A stretch of DNA of 63,948 bases, counting the filler, from an uncultured Myxococcia bacterium (GTDB lineage Bacteria; CAZTWC01), in the NCBI GenBank assembly GCA_964617105.1. It is 4 parts of 4 records of this genome, joined end to end, with 100 filler letters (N's around TTAATTAATTAA, not from the genome) between each part and the next. Parts side by side here need not be neighbours in the genome. Positions count along the whole stretch, not along the records: positions 1 to 17,415 come from CAZTWC010000054.1; 3 more parts are not named here. The stretch is one strand, 5' to 3'. Position numbers and translations under genes: made by a program. The notes below the pieces were generated by a model. That model was given only the letters and a program-made list of their open reading frames with translations, was not told the origin of the DNA and did not search any database. Each line of letters starts with the position of its first letter. Position 1 is the first letter of the stretch. Positions 1 to 7,893 of this stretch are shown here, piece after piece.

Positions 1-378
1 TATGACGATTTGTTGGCCAATGCCCGGGTGATGTTCTCCTCTGGTGATCCCGAGTTTTATGATCAGATCTCGGCGGATGGATACTATTTAAAGACTTTTT
101 TCGGTTACTACACCAATCACAGCCTGCAACTCTCGCTGGAATACCGGGTTTCCCTCTATAGAGATATAGTCAAGATCGGTTTGTGCAATGATTTTGCCCT
201 CTTGACCCACGCCACCTCCAGGGAGAAGCGTAACAAATTGATCTTTGCCGGGGCACTCTCGCCTGGCCTCTATTTTTTAATCTTTGACTTGCTTCAGTTG
301 GATATCTATTACAGTTTCGGTATCTCCAACGAAAAGAGAAGCCATAACCTCTATTTTAATATGTATAAGCCTTTCTAA
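1..378 (+). CDS. Hypothetical protein, 3' part (5'-truncated), possibly an outer-membrane beta-strand protein
   Basis: Frame is open from base 1 to TAA at 378. Alternating aromatic/hydrophobic strands, ending in F. No family recognised. Confidence 0.5.
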   Translation, partial: YDDLLANARVMFSSGDPEFYDQISADGYYLKTFFGYYTNHSLQLSLEYRVSLYRDIVKIGLCNDFALLTHATSREKRNKLIFAGALSPGLYFLIFDLLQLDIYYSFGISNEKRSHNLYFNMYKPF

Positions 379-386
379 TAGTAGGC

Positions 387-405
387 TAGTTCCCGTCCGA
401 AAAAC
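387..405 (+). repeat. Single terminus of a short inverted-repeat element family
   Basis: TAGTTCCCGTCCGA (387-400) is identical to 4874-4887. 388-403 matches the reverse complement of 4913-4928 at 15/16. Confidence 0.7.
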
Positions 406-450
406 TAACCGTTTTTTACAAACAAAAGTTCTTTGCCCTAAAAAATTATA

Positions 451-478
451 TTGATTTGCCCGTGATATATGGTATCAT
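451..478 (+). promoter_or_regulatory. Possible sigma70 promoter
   Basis: TTGATT-N16-TATCAT with an extended -10 TG, about 45 bp before ATG 524. Confidence 0.35.
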
Positions 479-523
479 TGTTGCGGAATATGATGATAAT
501 CTGCAGCAACAGTGAGGCATATC

Positions 524-1698
524 ATGTATCAGCGAACCCTTGATCTCAAGAAATTACTGGCGAAAAAATCATTCTTTCTGTTTGGACCAAGAACCACAGG
601 AAAGACAACTCTGATAAAAATGGGGCTAAAGAATATTAAAATGTATGATTTGTTAAGGGCAAAGACCTTCAATAAATTGCTGAAAAAACCAGATTTAATA
701 GAAGAAGAATATATAAAAGATACCATCGTTGTAATTGATGAAATTCAAAAACTCCCGGCAATTTTAGATGAGGTGCACAGGCTCATTGAAGAGAAAGGAA
801 TTCGCTTTTTATTAACTGGGAGCAGTGCCAGAAAGTTAAAACATGGCGGAGCCAATCTGCTGGCAGGACGGGCATGGTCAGCCAATTTGTTTCCTTTGAC
901 TTCCTTTGAGATTGATGACTTTGATCTTATCCGATATTTGAATTATGGCGGGCTTCCACAGGTTTATCAGAGCGACGATCCTCAAGAAGAATTGGAGAGT
1001 TATGTTGGCACTTATCTGCAAGAAGAGATCAAAGCAGAAGCGGTAACCCGAAATATTCAGGCCTTTTCAGTGTTTTAGATGTGATTGCCCTGGCTAATGG
1101 AAATGAAATTAACTACGAAAGGCTGGCTTCTGACTGCCAAGTGTCGCCAAACACCTTAAAAAATTATATCCAAATATTGGACGATACTTTACTGGGGTTT
1201 TCTTTGCCTGGATATACAAAATCGAAAAAAAGAAAAGCCATATTCAGGTCTAAATATTATCTTTTTGACCTTGGAGTCACTAATTTTTTAGCAAATCGTT
1301 CCAGGATAAAAGATAGAAGCAAGGAATTTGGAGATGCCTTTGAGCATTTCATTATATTAGAGATGCGGGCATTTATAAGTTATTATCGCAAAAAGTGTAA
1401 AATGAGATATTGGCGTTCAACTTCCAAATTTGAAGTAGACTTATTGATTGATGATTATATGGCGATTGAAATAAAAAGCGCTGAATTGATTCAGAATAGA
1501 CAGATGAAAGGTTTACGGGCCTTAATGCAAGAAGGTATTTTCGAGAGATATATTATTGTCTCCAAGGATGAGAGCAAGAGAATAACTGAAGATGGAGTAG
1601 AAATTTATCCCTGGAAAATATTTTTAAAGGAGTTGTGGAGCAATAAATTGTTTTCCATACCAATTTTCCCCGCTAATACTCCACTCCCATCACCTTAA
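524..1698 (+). pseudogene. AAA+ ATPase with C-terminal DUF4143 domain (COG1373-type), split by a -1 frameshift (pseudogene or sequencing error)
   Basis: ORF1 has Walker A GPRTTGKT, Walker B IDEIQK and TGSS. ORF2 has YYLFDLG, FEH and EVDLL...AIEIK. Adding one T to T4 at 1073-1076 joins them as ...AFSVFLDVIALANG. Confidence 0.8.
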
Positions 1699-3865
1699 AC
1701 AGAAAAGAGTAGATATCCACCTTCTCCTCTATGATTTTGGCGGTGGGTTTTCCCCGGCCGTGTCCTGCCTTCATCTCTACCCGCAATAGAATGGGGTTTG
1801 TGCCCCGGTCATCGTATTGCAGGGCAGCGGCAAATTTTTTGGAATGGGCTGGCACCACCCGGTCATCAGTATCTGCAGTGGTGATTAGGGTAGGGGGATA
1901 ACTTACCCCTTTTTTTACATTATGTAGCGGTGAATAGGCGTATAGAAACTTAAAGTGTTCCGGGTTTTTTTCGGCATTGCCGTACTCTGGCGTCCAGTAG
2001 TGACCCACGGTAAATTTGTGGTAGCGCAGCATATCGGTTACCGGCACCTGGTTTACCACCGCCCCAAACAGTTTGGGCTGCTGCAGCATACAGACCGACA
2101 CCAGCAGCCCGCCGTTACTGCCGCCGTTGATGGCCAGCCTGGCCGGGCGGGTATATTTTTTTTCTATCAGATATTGGCCGGCATAAATAAAGTCGTCAAA
2201 CACGTTTTGCTTATTGCCCAGCATGCCGGCCTGGTGCCATTTTTCACCGTATTCGCCGCCGCCCCGTAAATTGGCCACTGCAAAAACACCCCCCCGTTCC
2301 AGCCAGATTAGCCGGTGGATGGAAAAATAGGGGGTGATATCCACTTTGAACCCACCGTAACCATATAGCAGGGTAGGGTTATTGCCATCCATTTTTATTC
2401 CCTTTTTGTGGGTGATAAACATGGGGACTTTGGTGCCATCTTTGGAGGGATAAAAAACCTGGGTAGTTTCATAGTCGGCGGCCTGGAAATCCATCTGAGG
2501 CTGTTTGTAAATCTCCAGTTTCCGGGCCACAAAGTCGTATCGATAGATGGTGTTGGGAAACAGAAAAGAGGAGAAGTTAAAAAACATCTCCTGATCATTT
2601 TGTTTGCCGGTAAGAGCCCAGATAGAACCTATTGAGGGTAGTTTAACCTCTTGTAGATGTTTACCCTGCAGGTTGTATATCATTAGTCTATGATTGGCGT
2701 GGTGCATATAGGCCACCACCAGTTGGCGGTTTACCATGGTGGCAAAGGATATAACATCCTCTGTCTGATCCACCACCTGGCGCCATTTATCCCGGCCAGG
2801 CAGGTTGATATCGATGGCCACGATTTTTCCCCGCGGCGCCTCCAGGTCGGTCTGGAAATAGAATACTGAACCCACATTGCCCACAAAATGATAACCCGCA
2901 TCCTGCCGGTCCAAAAGTTTTACAAAGGGGGTATCTTTTCCCTCCTGGCGGTAATAGATCCGGTTTTTACGGGCTGAACCGTAATAGACGTGCAAGAGTA
3001 AGTATTTACCATCTTCAGACATCGTGGGATGGAAGCCCAACTCTTTGTTGGCTGGATCCTCATAGACCAGTTTATCTTCTGCCTGAGGGGTGCCCAATTG
3101 GTGCCAATAGACCCGGTTAAAGTTGTGCTCATCTTTTTTTTCCACACTGCCAGGTTTTGGATAGCGGTTGTAATAAAAGCCGCTGCCATCGAGGCTCCAG
3201 GCAATCGCTGAAAATTTGCACCAGTTCAATATCTCGGCAAAATCGGTTTTTTTCTTTACCCGGCGAATTTTTATCTCCTGCTGATCACTGCCGCTTCTGG
3301 AGAGGGCATAGGCCATGAATTTGCCATCTTTGCTAAAGGTGGTATTGGTTAAAGCTATGGTGCCGTCTGCGCTCAACTTGTTGGGGTCCAGCAGCACCTG
3401 GGGTTCACTTTTCAATCCTTCCTGCACATAGACCACTGCCTGGTTCTGCAGCCCATCATTTTTGCTGAAAAAATAGCGGTTTCCCTGTTTGGCAGGCACC
3501 GAATATTTGGGAAAGTTCCACAATTTGGTAAGTCTATTTTTGATCTCATCCCGGCCTTTATATCCAGCCAGCCAGTCTTGAGTAAGTTTATTTTGTTTCT
3601 TGACCCAGGCTATGGTCTCTTTATCTTTCGCTTTTTCCAGCCAGCGGTATGGATCTTTAACTTTATTTCCATGATAATCATCCACCACCTCTTGCCGTTT
3701 GGTCTCCGGGTAGATAAATCCTTTTTCGGCTACCTGTGGAGAATTCCGTTTGACAGTTTCGACTCCACGCTGACAAGCACAGATTAGCCCAATCAAAATA
3801 ACCAGACAAACTATGCTCAAAGCCGGTTTCCAGTTAAAACGACAACAATTAAAAATAGTTTTCAT
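1673..3865 (-). CDS. Prolyl oligopeptidase (peptidase S9A), probably exported or lipoprotein
   Basis: DPYRWLE, LLYGYGGF, catalytic GGSNGG, DDRV and AGHG motifs. Hydrophobic N-terminus ending LICAC. Confidence 0.95.
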   Translation of the reverse strand: MKTIFNCCRFNWKPALSIVCLVILIGLICACQRGVETVKRNSPQVAEKGFIYPETKRQEVVDDYHGNKVKDPYRWLEKAKDKETIAWVKKQNKLTQDWLAGYKGRDEIKNRLTKLWNFPKYSVPAKQGNRYFFSKNDGLQNQAVVYVQEGLKSEPQVLLDPNKLSADGTIALTNTTFSKDGKFMAYALSRSGSDQQEIKIRRVKKKTDFAEILNWCKFSAIAWSLDGSGFYYNRYPKPGSVEKKDEHNFNRVYWHQLGTPQAEDKLVYEDPANKELGFHPTMSEDGKYLLLHVYYGSARKNRIYYRQEGKDTPFVKLLDRQDAGYHFVGNVGSVFYFQTDLEAPRGKIVAIDINLPGRDKWRQVVDQTEDVISFATMVNRQLVVAYMHHANHRLMIYNLQGKHLQEVKLPSIGSIWALTGKQNDQEMFFNFSSFLFPNTIYRYDFVARKLEIYKQPQMDFQAADYETTQVFYPSKDGTKVPMFITHKKGIKMDGNNPTLLYGYGGFKVDITPYFSIHRLIWLERGGVFAVANLRGGGEYGEKWHQAGMLGNKQNVFDDFIYAGQYLIEKKYTRPARLAINGGSNGGLLVSVCMLQQPKLFGAVVNQVPVTDMLRYHKFTVGHYWTPEYGNAEKNPEHFKFLYAYSPLHNVKKGVSYPPTLITTADTDDRVVPAHSKKFAAALQYDDRGTNPILLRVEMKAGHGRGKPTAKIIEEKVDIYSFLFKVMGVEY

Positions 3866-3920
3866 GGGAAGTTCCTTACCCCTTGCCATATTGACAGTAG
3901 AAAACAATTACTATATTTCT

Positions 3921-4784
3921 TTACCTTTTTCTGCTTAAAAATCTTCTGCCGGCCCAAAAGGTGGTTATCAGCAAAAGCATAATCAGGCTCATGCCCATTG
4001 GCGCTGTGCCTGCCATAGCATTTAGGCTGCAGCCACCGCCGCCGCCACTGCTATCATTGCTTCCGTTTTTATCGGAGCCATTGGCAGAAGGCATACAACT
4101 CTTCTCTTCCCCTTCGGCAATATCGAATATTGGTTGATCTTTGGGATAGGTGTCACAGAGCGCTTTTTTATCATCATCGCTCAAGGTGCGCTTGGACAAT
4201 TCCCCTTTTTGGGCCTCGGCGAACATCACTGCACCTTCAATATCGGAATGTCTAAATCCGAGAAGGTGACCGATTTCATGGATAAGAGTATTTTTGATAT
4301 CTACAATTACCTTATCTTTATCATCTGTTACTGAGAATTGGTAATTGATATTGTTGAAAAATATCTCTGCTTCCTCTATATAGCCTTTTTCCGGAACCGA
4401 CCAGGTATAGGCTCTGGCAAGTTGTCCCTCCTGGAAATTGATCGGCAGTTTTTCTCCCTCTTTCATAAAGGCTATTACATTGTATTGGTCTTCTGCCACC
4501 TCTTTAATATCGGTTTTACCCATGTAGGAAAACTTGATATTGGCACACTCTACATCCTGCCATACCTGAAAAGACTCTTTAACCGCTTTTTCAACCTCTT
4601 CAAAAGTCAAATCCGGGCTGCCGTCTTTATTGATCCAGTAGGGGATTTCACGGCAGGGCCAGCGGATGACAGTATTGGTATCTTTACCGTCTTTTTTAAT
4701 TTTTTTTCGCACATACCCGTTGGCTACTGGTGAAAGCAGAGTAACTATCAGGCACAATAACATAATAATGCTCAGTTTTTTCAT
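3921..4784 (-). CDS. Matrixin/M10-like zinc metalloprotease with signal peptide and GGC-TM-basic C-terminal sorting signal (MYXO-CTERM-like)
   Basis: HEIGHLLGFRH zinc motif, Met-turn AVM, and a tail GGGGGCS followed by a hydrophobic helix and RRFLSRKR. Confidence 0.88.
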   Translation of the reverse strand: MKKLSIIMLLCLIVTLLSPVANGYVRKKIKKDGKDTNTVIRWPCREIPYWINKDGSPDLTFEEVEKAVKESFQVWQDVECANIKFSYMGKTDIKEVAEDQYNVIAFMKEGEKLPINFQEGQLARAYTWSVPEKGYIEEAEIFFNNINYQFSVTDDKDKVIVDIKNTLIHEIGHLLGFRHSDIEGAVMFAEAQKGELSKRTLSDDDKKALCDTYPKDQPIFDIAEGEEKSCMPSANGSDKNGSNDSSGGGGGCSLNAMAGTAPMGMSLIMLLLITTFWAGRRFLSRKR

Positions 4785-4873
4785 TTTTTTCTCCAAATTG
4801 GGACTGGCGTTTGTGAATTAAGCAATAAATTCGAAAATAAACTATCACAGAATGGGATAAATGGCAAATTAGT

Positions 4874-4928
4874 TAGTTCCCGTCCGAGAATTCATTTCGT
4901 AGCAGAAGGGGGTTTTCGGACAGGAACT
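4874..4928. repeat. Approximately 54-bp element with terminal inverted repeats (MITE/REP-like)
   Basis: AGTTCCCGTCCGAGAA ... TTTTCGGACAGGAACT, intergenic. Related copies at 387 and 31668-31724. Confidence 0.7.
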
Positions 4929-5102
4929 CGTTTAATGAATAAGGGTTGTTTAAGGCTATTCAGGGGGATTAAAAACTTGAAATGTAATAGGTGTCATGAT
5001 AAATAATATTGAAAGAAATAGGGCCTATCTGGAAATTTTTGGCCAGGCTTTTTTTCTTGTTGGGATTGCGCTAAAAAATCATTAATCATATCAGGTAGTT
5101 GA

Positions 5103-7040
5103 ATGTTAAGACTAATAGTTCAAGATGACCAGGGAAATTCTATCTTTGTACCTCTTAACCTTGATCGCTTAAATATCGGTCGAAGTAAGGATAATCATAT
5201 TTTTCTGGATGAGCGAAATATCTCCCGAAGCCATGCCCGCATTACTAGAGAAGCGGATTGCTATTACATAGAAGATCGCAACTCTTCCAATGGGGTGTTG
5301 GTAAATAAAAATAAGATCAAGGAAAAGCAACCGATTGTTGCGGAAGATCTGGTTGAAATCGGTGATTTTAAGTTGATGATAAAAGATTTGTCGGATAATG
5401 ATTTGACCGAGGAGGTTTCTATTGAATCTGGCCAGGGTGCTGCCGAATTAGTGGCGCAAGGTGAAGATGAGGGGGAAAACAGTACCCGGGATGAAATGGA
5501 TGAAGAGTTAGAAGATGAGGACCAGGATGAAGCAGATCTGGATAGCAGAGAGAAGACTGGGATTATAAAAATAGATTTTACCGATCAGCCTTATACGACC
5601 AGGGGAGATGAAGAAAAAATTGATGACCCGCAATGGCGTCTAGTAGTGGTAAGCGACAACTTGATGGGGGAGGAGAGAATAATCGACCAGAATGAGATAG
5701 TAATCGGCCGGGCTGATAACTGTGATCTGTTACTCAATCATCGCTCTATCTCCCGGTATCATGCCCGTATTATTCTGGAAGACGACAGTTTTACTATTCA
5801 CGATCTGCAGAGTGCTAACGGTGTTTATATCAATGACGAGCAATACTCCGTGGTAAAATTGCACCCTGGCGATGAGATACTGTTGGGGCACGTTAAATTG
5901 CGATTTGTTACTCTGGGAGATGAAATTGTGTCAGTTCCATCTCCGGTTTCAGGAGAGGAGCAATTAAGTGAAAAGCAGGCTTCCACACAACCAATAAAAA
6001 GAAAGGATTTGGCATCAGACTTGTTGGAAGGTAAGGTGTCTGGTTGGCAACCGGACCAGGATGGTGATGGTGATGATGATTACCTTAAAAAAACCGCTGG
6101 AATAAAGTGGATTATTTTTCTGTTGGCGATTATCTGCAGTTCTCTATTGGGCTTTCTTTACTATCAGGGACAGTGGCCTTTTACCGGCGGCTTACAAAGA
6201 GATGGGGAAAGAACTTTTTTACCTCAGTTGGTGCACAAAGCCAAGTTGAAATCCAGGGAAGAGCTGTTAATAAAAGATGCCCTTCGGCATTTAAAGGAAC
6301 AAAATTGGTTGAGGGCAATCAGCACTGCCGATGAGTCGAAAAATATATCTCCCCGCATGTATTCTCAGGCCCAGGAGATTATCAACATGGCTGAAGGGGA
6401 ATTACAGAATCAGAAATTTATCAATATGGCGGTCAACTCCATTAACGATAAGAAATGGGAAAATGCTTTGGCCGCTCTGAACCAGATCAACAGTGATAGC
6501 GTTTATTTTCGTAAAGCCCGAGAAGAGTTAAAATATGTTAAAGAAAAGTATGCCGGTGATTTGTTTAAAAAAGTGATTCAACTCAAGGCTGAGGAAGATT
6601 TTCATGGAGCTATGCTGGTGGTCAATCAAATTTTATTGATATCTTCCAATCATCAGGGGGCTTTAGTTGAAAAGAATGAGATTTCTGAGAAATTGAGTTC
6701 TCTGGATGATAAAGGTGAAGGTGAGAAAAGACCCGGCAGCAGTGGAAATGTTGCCAAAGAACAGTCAGTCAGTCAGGTGGCCAAGCAAAACTATATATCG
6801 GGTAACCGTTATTTGCTTCAAAACAAATTGGACCGGGCCTTGGAAGAATATCAAAAGGCGATTCGAGCCGACAGTAAATATGCTAATGCTCACCGGGGTT
6901 TGGGGATTGTTTATGCCAAAAAAGGGGAGGGGGTTAAGGCGGTCAAACACTACCAGAAATATATTAGCCTTAATCCCAAAGCCAACGATTTAGATGCGGT
7001 AAAAAAGATAATCAAAGACTTTCAGACGGCCAATAAGTGA
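5103..7040 (+). CDS. Membrane protein with two FHA domains, acidic linker, TM helix and C-terminal TPRs
   Basis: Two FHA signatures (IGR...ISRSHA...SSNG and IGR...ISRYHA...SANG), TM WIIFLLAIICSSLLGFLYY, TPR AHRGLGIVY...YISLNP. Confidence 0.85.
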   Translation: MLRLIVQDDQGNSIFVPLNLDRLNIGRSKDNHIFLDERNISRSHARITREADCYYIEDRNSSNGVLVNKNKIKEKQPIVAEDLVEIGDFKLMIKDLSDNDLTEEVSIESGQGAAELVAQGEDEGENSTRDEMDEELEDEDQDEADLDSREKTGIIKIDFTDQPYTTRGDEEKIDDPQWRLVVVSDNLMGEERIIDQNEIVIGRADNCDLLLNHRSISRYHARIILEDDSFTIHDLQSANGVYINDEQYSVVKLHPGDEILLGHVKLRFVTLGDEIVSVPSPVSGEEQLSEKQASTQPIKRKDLASDLLEGKVSGWQPDQDGDGDDDYLKKTAGIKWIIFLLAIICSSLLGFLYYQGQWPFTGGLQRDGERTFLPQLVHKAKLKSREELLIKDALRHLKEQNWLRAISTADESKNISPRMYSQAQEIINMAEGELQNQKFINMAVNSINDKKWENALAALNQINSDSVYFRKAREELKYVKEKYAGDLFKKVIQLKAEEDFHGAMLVVNQILLISSNHQGALVEKNEISEKLSSLDDKGEGEKRPGSSGNVAKEQSVSQVAKQNYISGNRYLLQNKLDRALEEYQKAIRADSKYANAHRGLGIVYAKKGEGVKAVKHYQKYISLNPKANDLDAVKKIIKDFQTANK

Positions 7041-7089
7041 TGACACTCGTCGCCCTTAGTTTTGTGGGTTGTTGATAGCGGCGCATCTA

Positions 7090-7890
7090 CTAAAAAGGCT
7101 TTCTTTTCTTCTTTTTTTTCTTTCTGGCCTCGATCTCTTTCCGCCTCTTTTTGCGGGCGACCTCTTCGTGGTCGATAACCGGCACATTGATAAAATCGCC
7201 AATTTTGATAAAAGATTGGTCGATGGCGGGGGGTAGAATTTTATGGTGCCATTTACTCAACTTGGCTACAATAATTTTATTTTCCACCGCTTCTATCTGA
7301 ATGGTGGCGATAGGCAAGGCCAACTCTCTATGAGTGGGTTTGGGCGGAGCCGATTTCATTTCACTGCTGCCAGTGTTTGTGCCATCTGCTGTTATCCCCC
7401 CATCGCCGGTATTTGCATTGTCTTCTGCTGCGCCGCCCCCATCGCCGGCACTTGCATTGTCTTCTGCTGCGCCTCCATCTTTGGCATTTATTGCATCTGC
7501 TTCTACCCCACCATCTTTTAAATTATCGGTATTGGAGCCTCCATCTTTAAGGCTGGTTTTTGCATCTTTGCCAATATTGGTTGAGTTATTATTCTTTACT
7601 TCAGTTTGTGAAGCTCCGTCGTCCGGTATCTCATTGGTTGGAACTTCTACTGCCCAGGTGCGATAGATAGTTAATTGGTCACCTGGTTTTAACAGGGCAT
7701 CCTTGGGGCAACTGAAATAGATTATTGGCACACTTTTACTCACGGGCCCGTCCAGGGAGACCGGGTATCTAACTTTAACTACCTCGGTTTTCTTCGTAAG
7801 TTTAGCTGTTGAGAGGGGGACATGAACAATCCAGACTGCCAAGGTGAAAAAAAATAGATATTTCCAATTCATTCTTTTTATCCTGATCAA
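7090..7890 (-). CDS. Exported hypothetical protein with DGG-rich linker, possible FlgT C-terminal-like beta domain and basic tail
   Basis: Signal-like N-terminus. LKPGDQLTIYR ... PIATIQIEAVENKIIVAKL ... IKIGDFI flanks a low-complexity insert. Lies 3 bp downstream of cyaA. Confidence 0.6.
   Translation of the reverse strand: MIRIKRMNWKYLFFFTLAVWIVHVPLSTAKLTKKTEVVKVRYPVSLDGPVSKSVPIIYFSCPKDALLKPGDQLTIYRTWAVEVPTNEIPDDGASQTEVKNNNSTNIGKDAKTSLKDGGSNTDNLKDGGVEADAINAKDGGAAEDNASAGDGGGAAEDNANTGDGGITADGTNTGSSEMKSAPPKPTHRELALPIATIQIEAVENKIIVAKLSKWHHKILPPAIDQSFIKIGDFINVPVIDHEEVARKKRRKEIEARKKKKKKRKPF
7397..7474. repeat. Two 39-bp tandem repeats encoding GAAEDNA(S/N)(A/T)GDGG
   Basis: Units 7397-7435 and 7436-7474 differ at 3 positions. 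Confidence 0.85.
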
Positions 7891-7893
7891 ATA

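Noticed and set aside
387..4928. Composite transposon bounded by facing repeat termini
   Set aside because: No transposase or target-site duplication, and the right terminus is already paired with its own left end at 4875.
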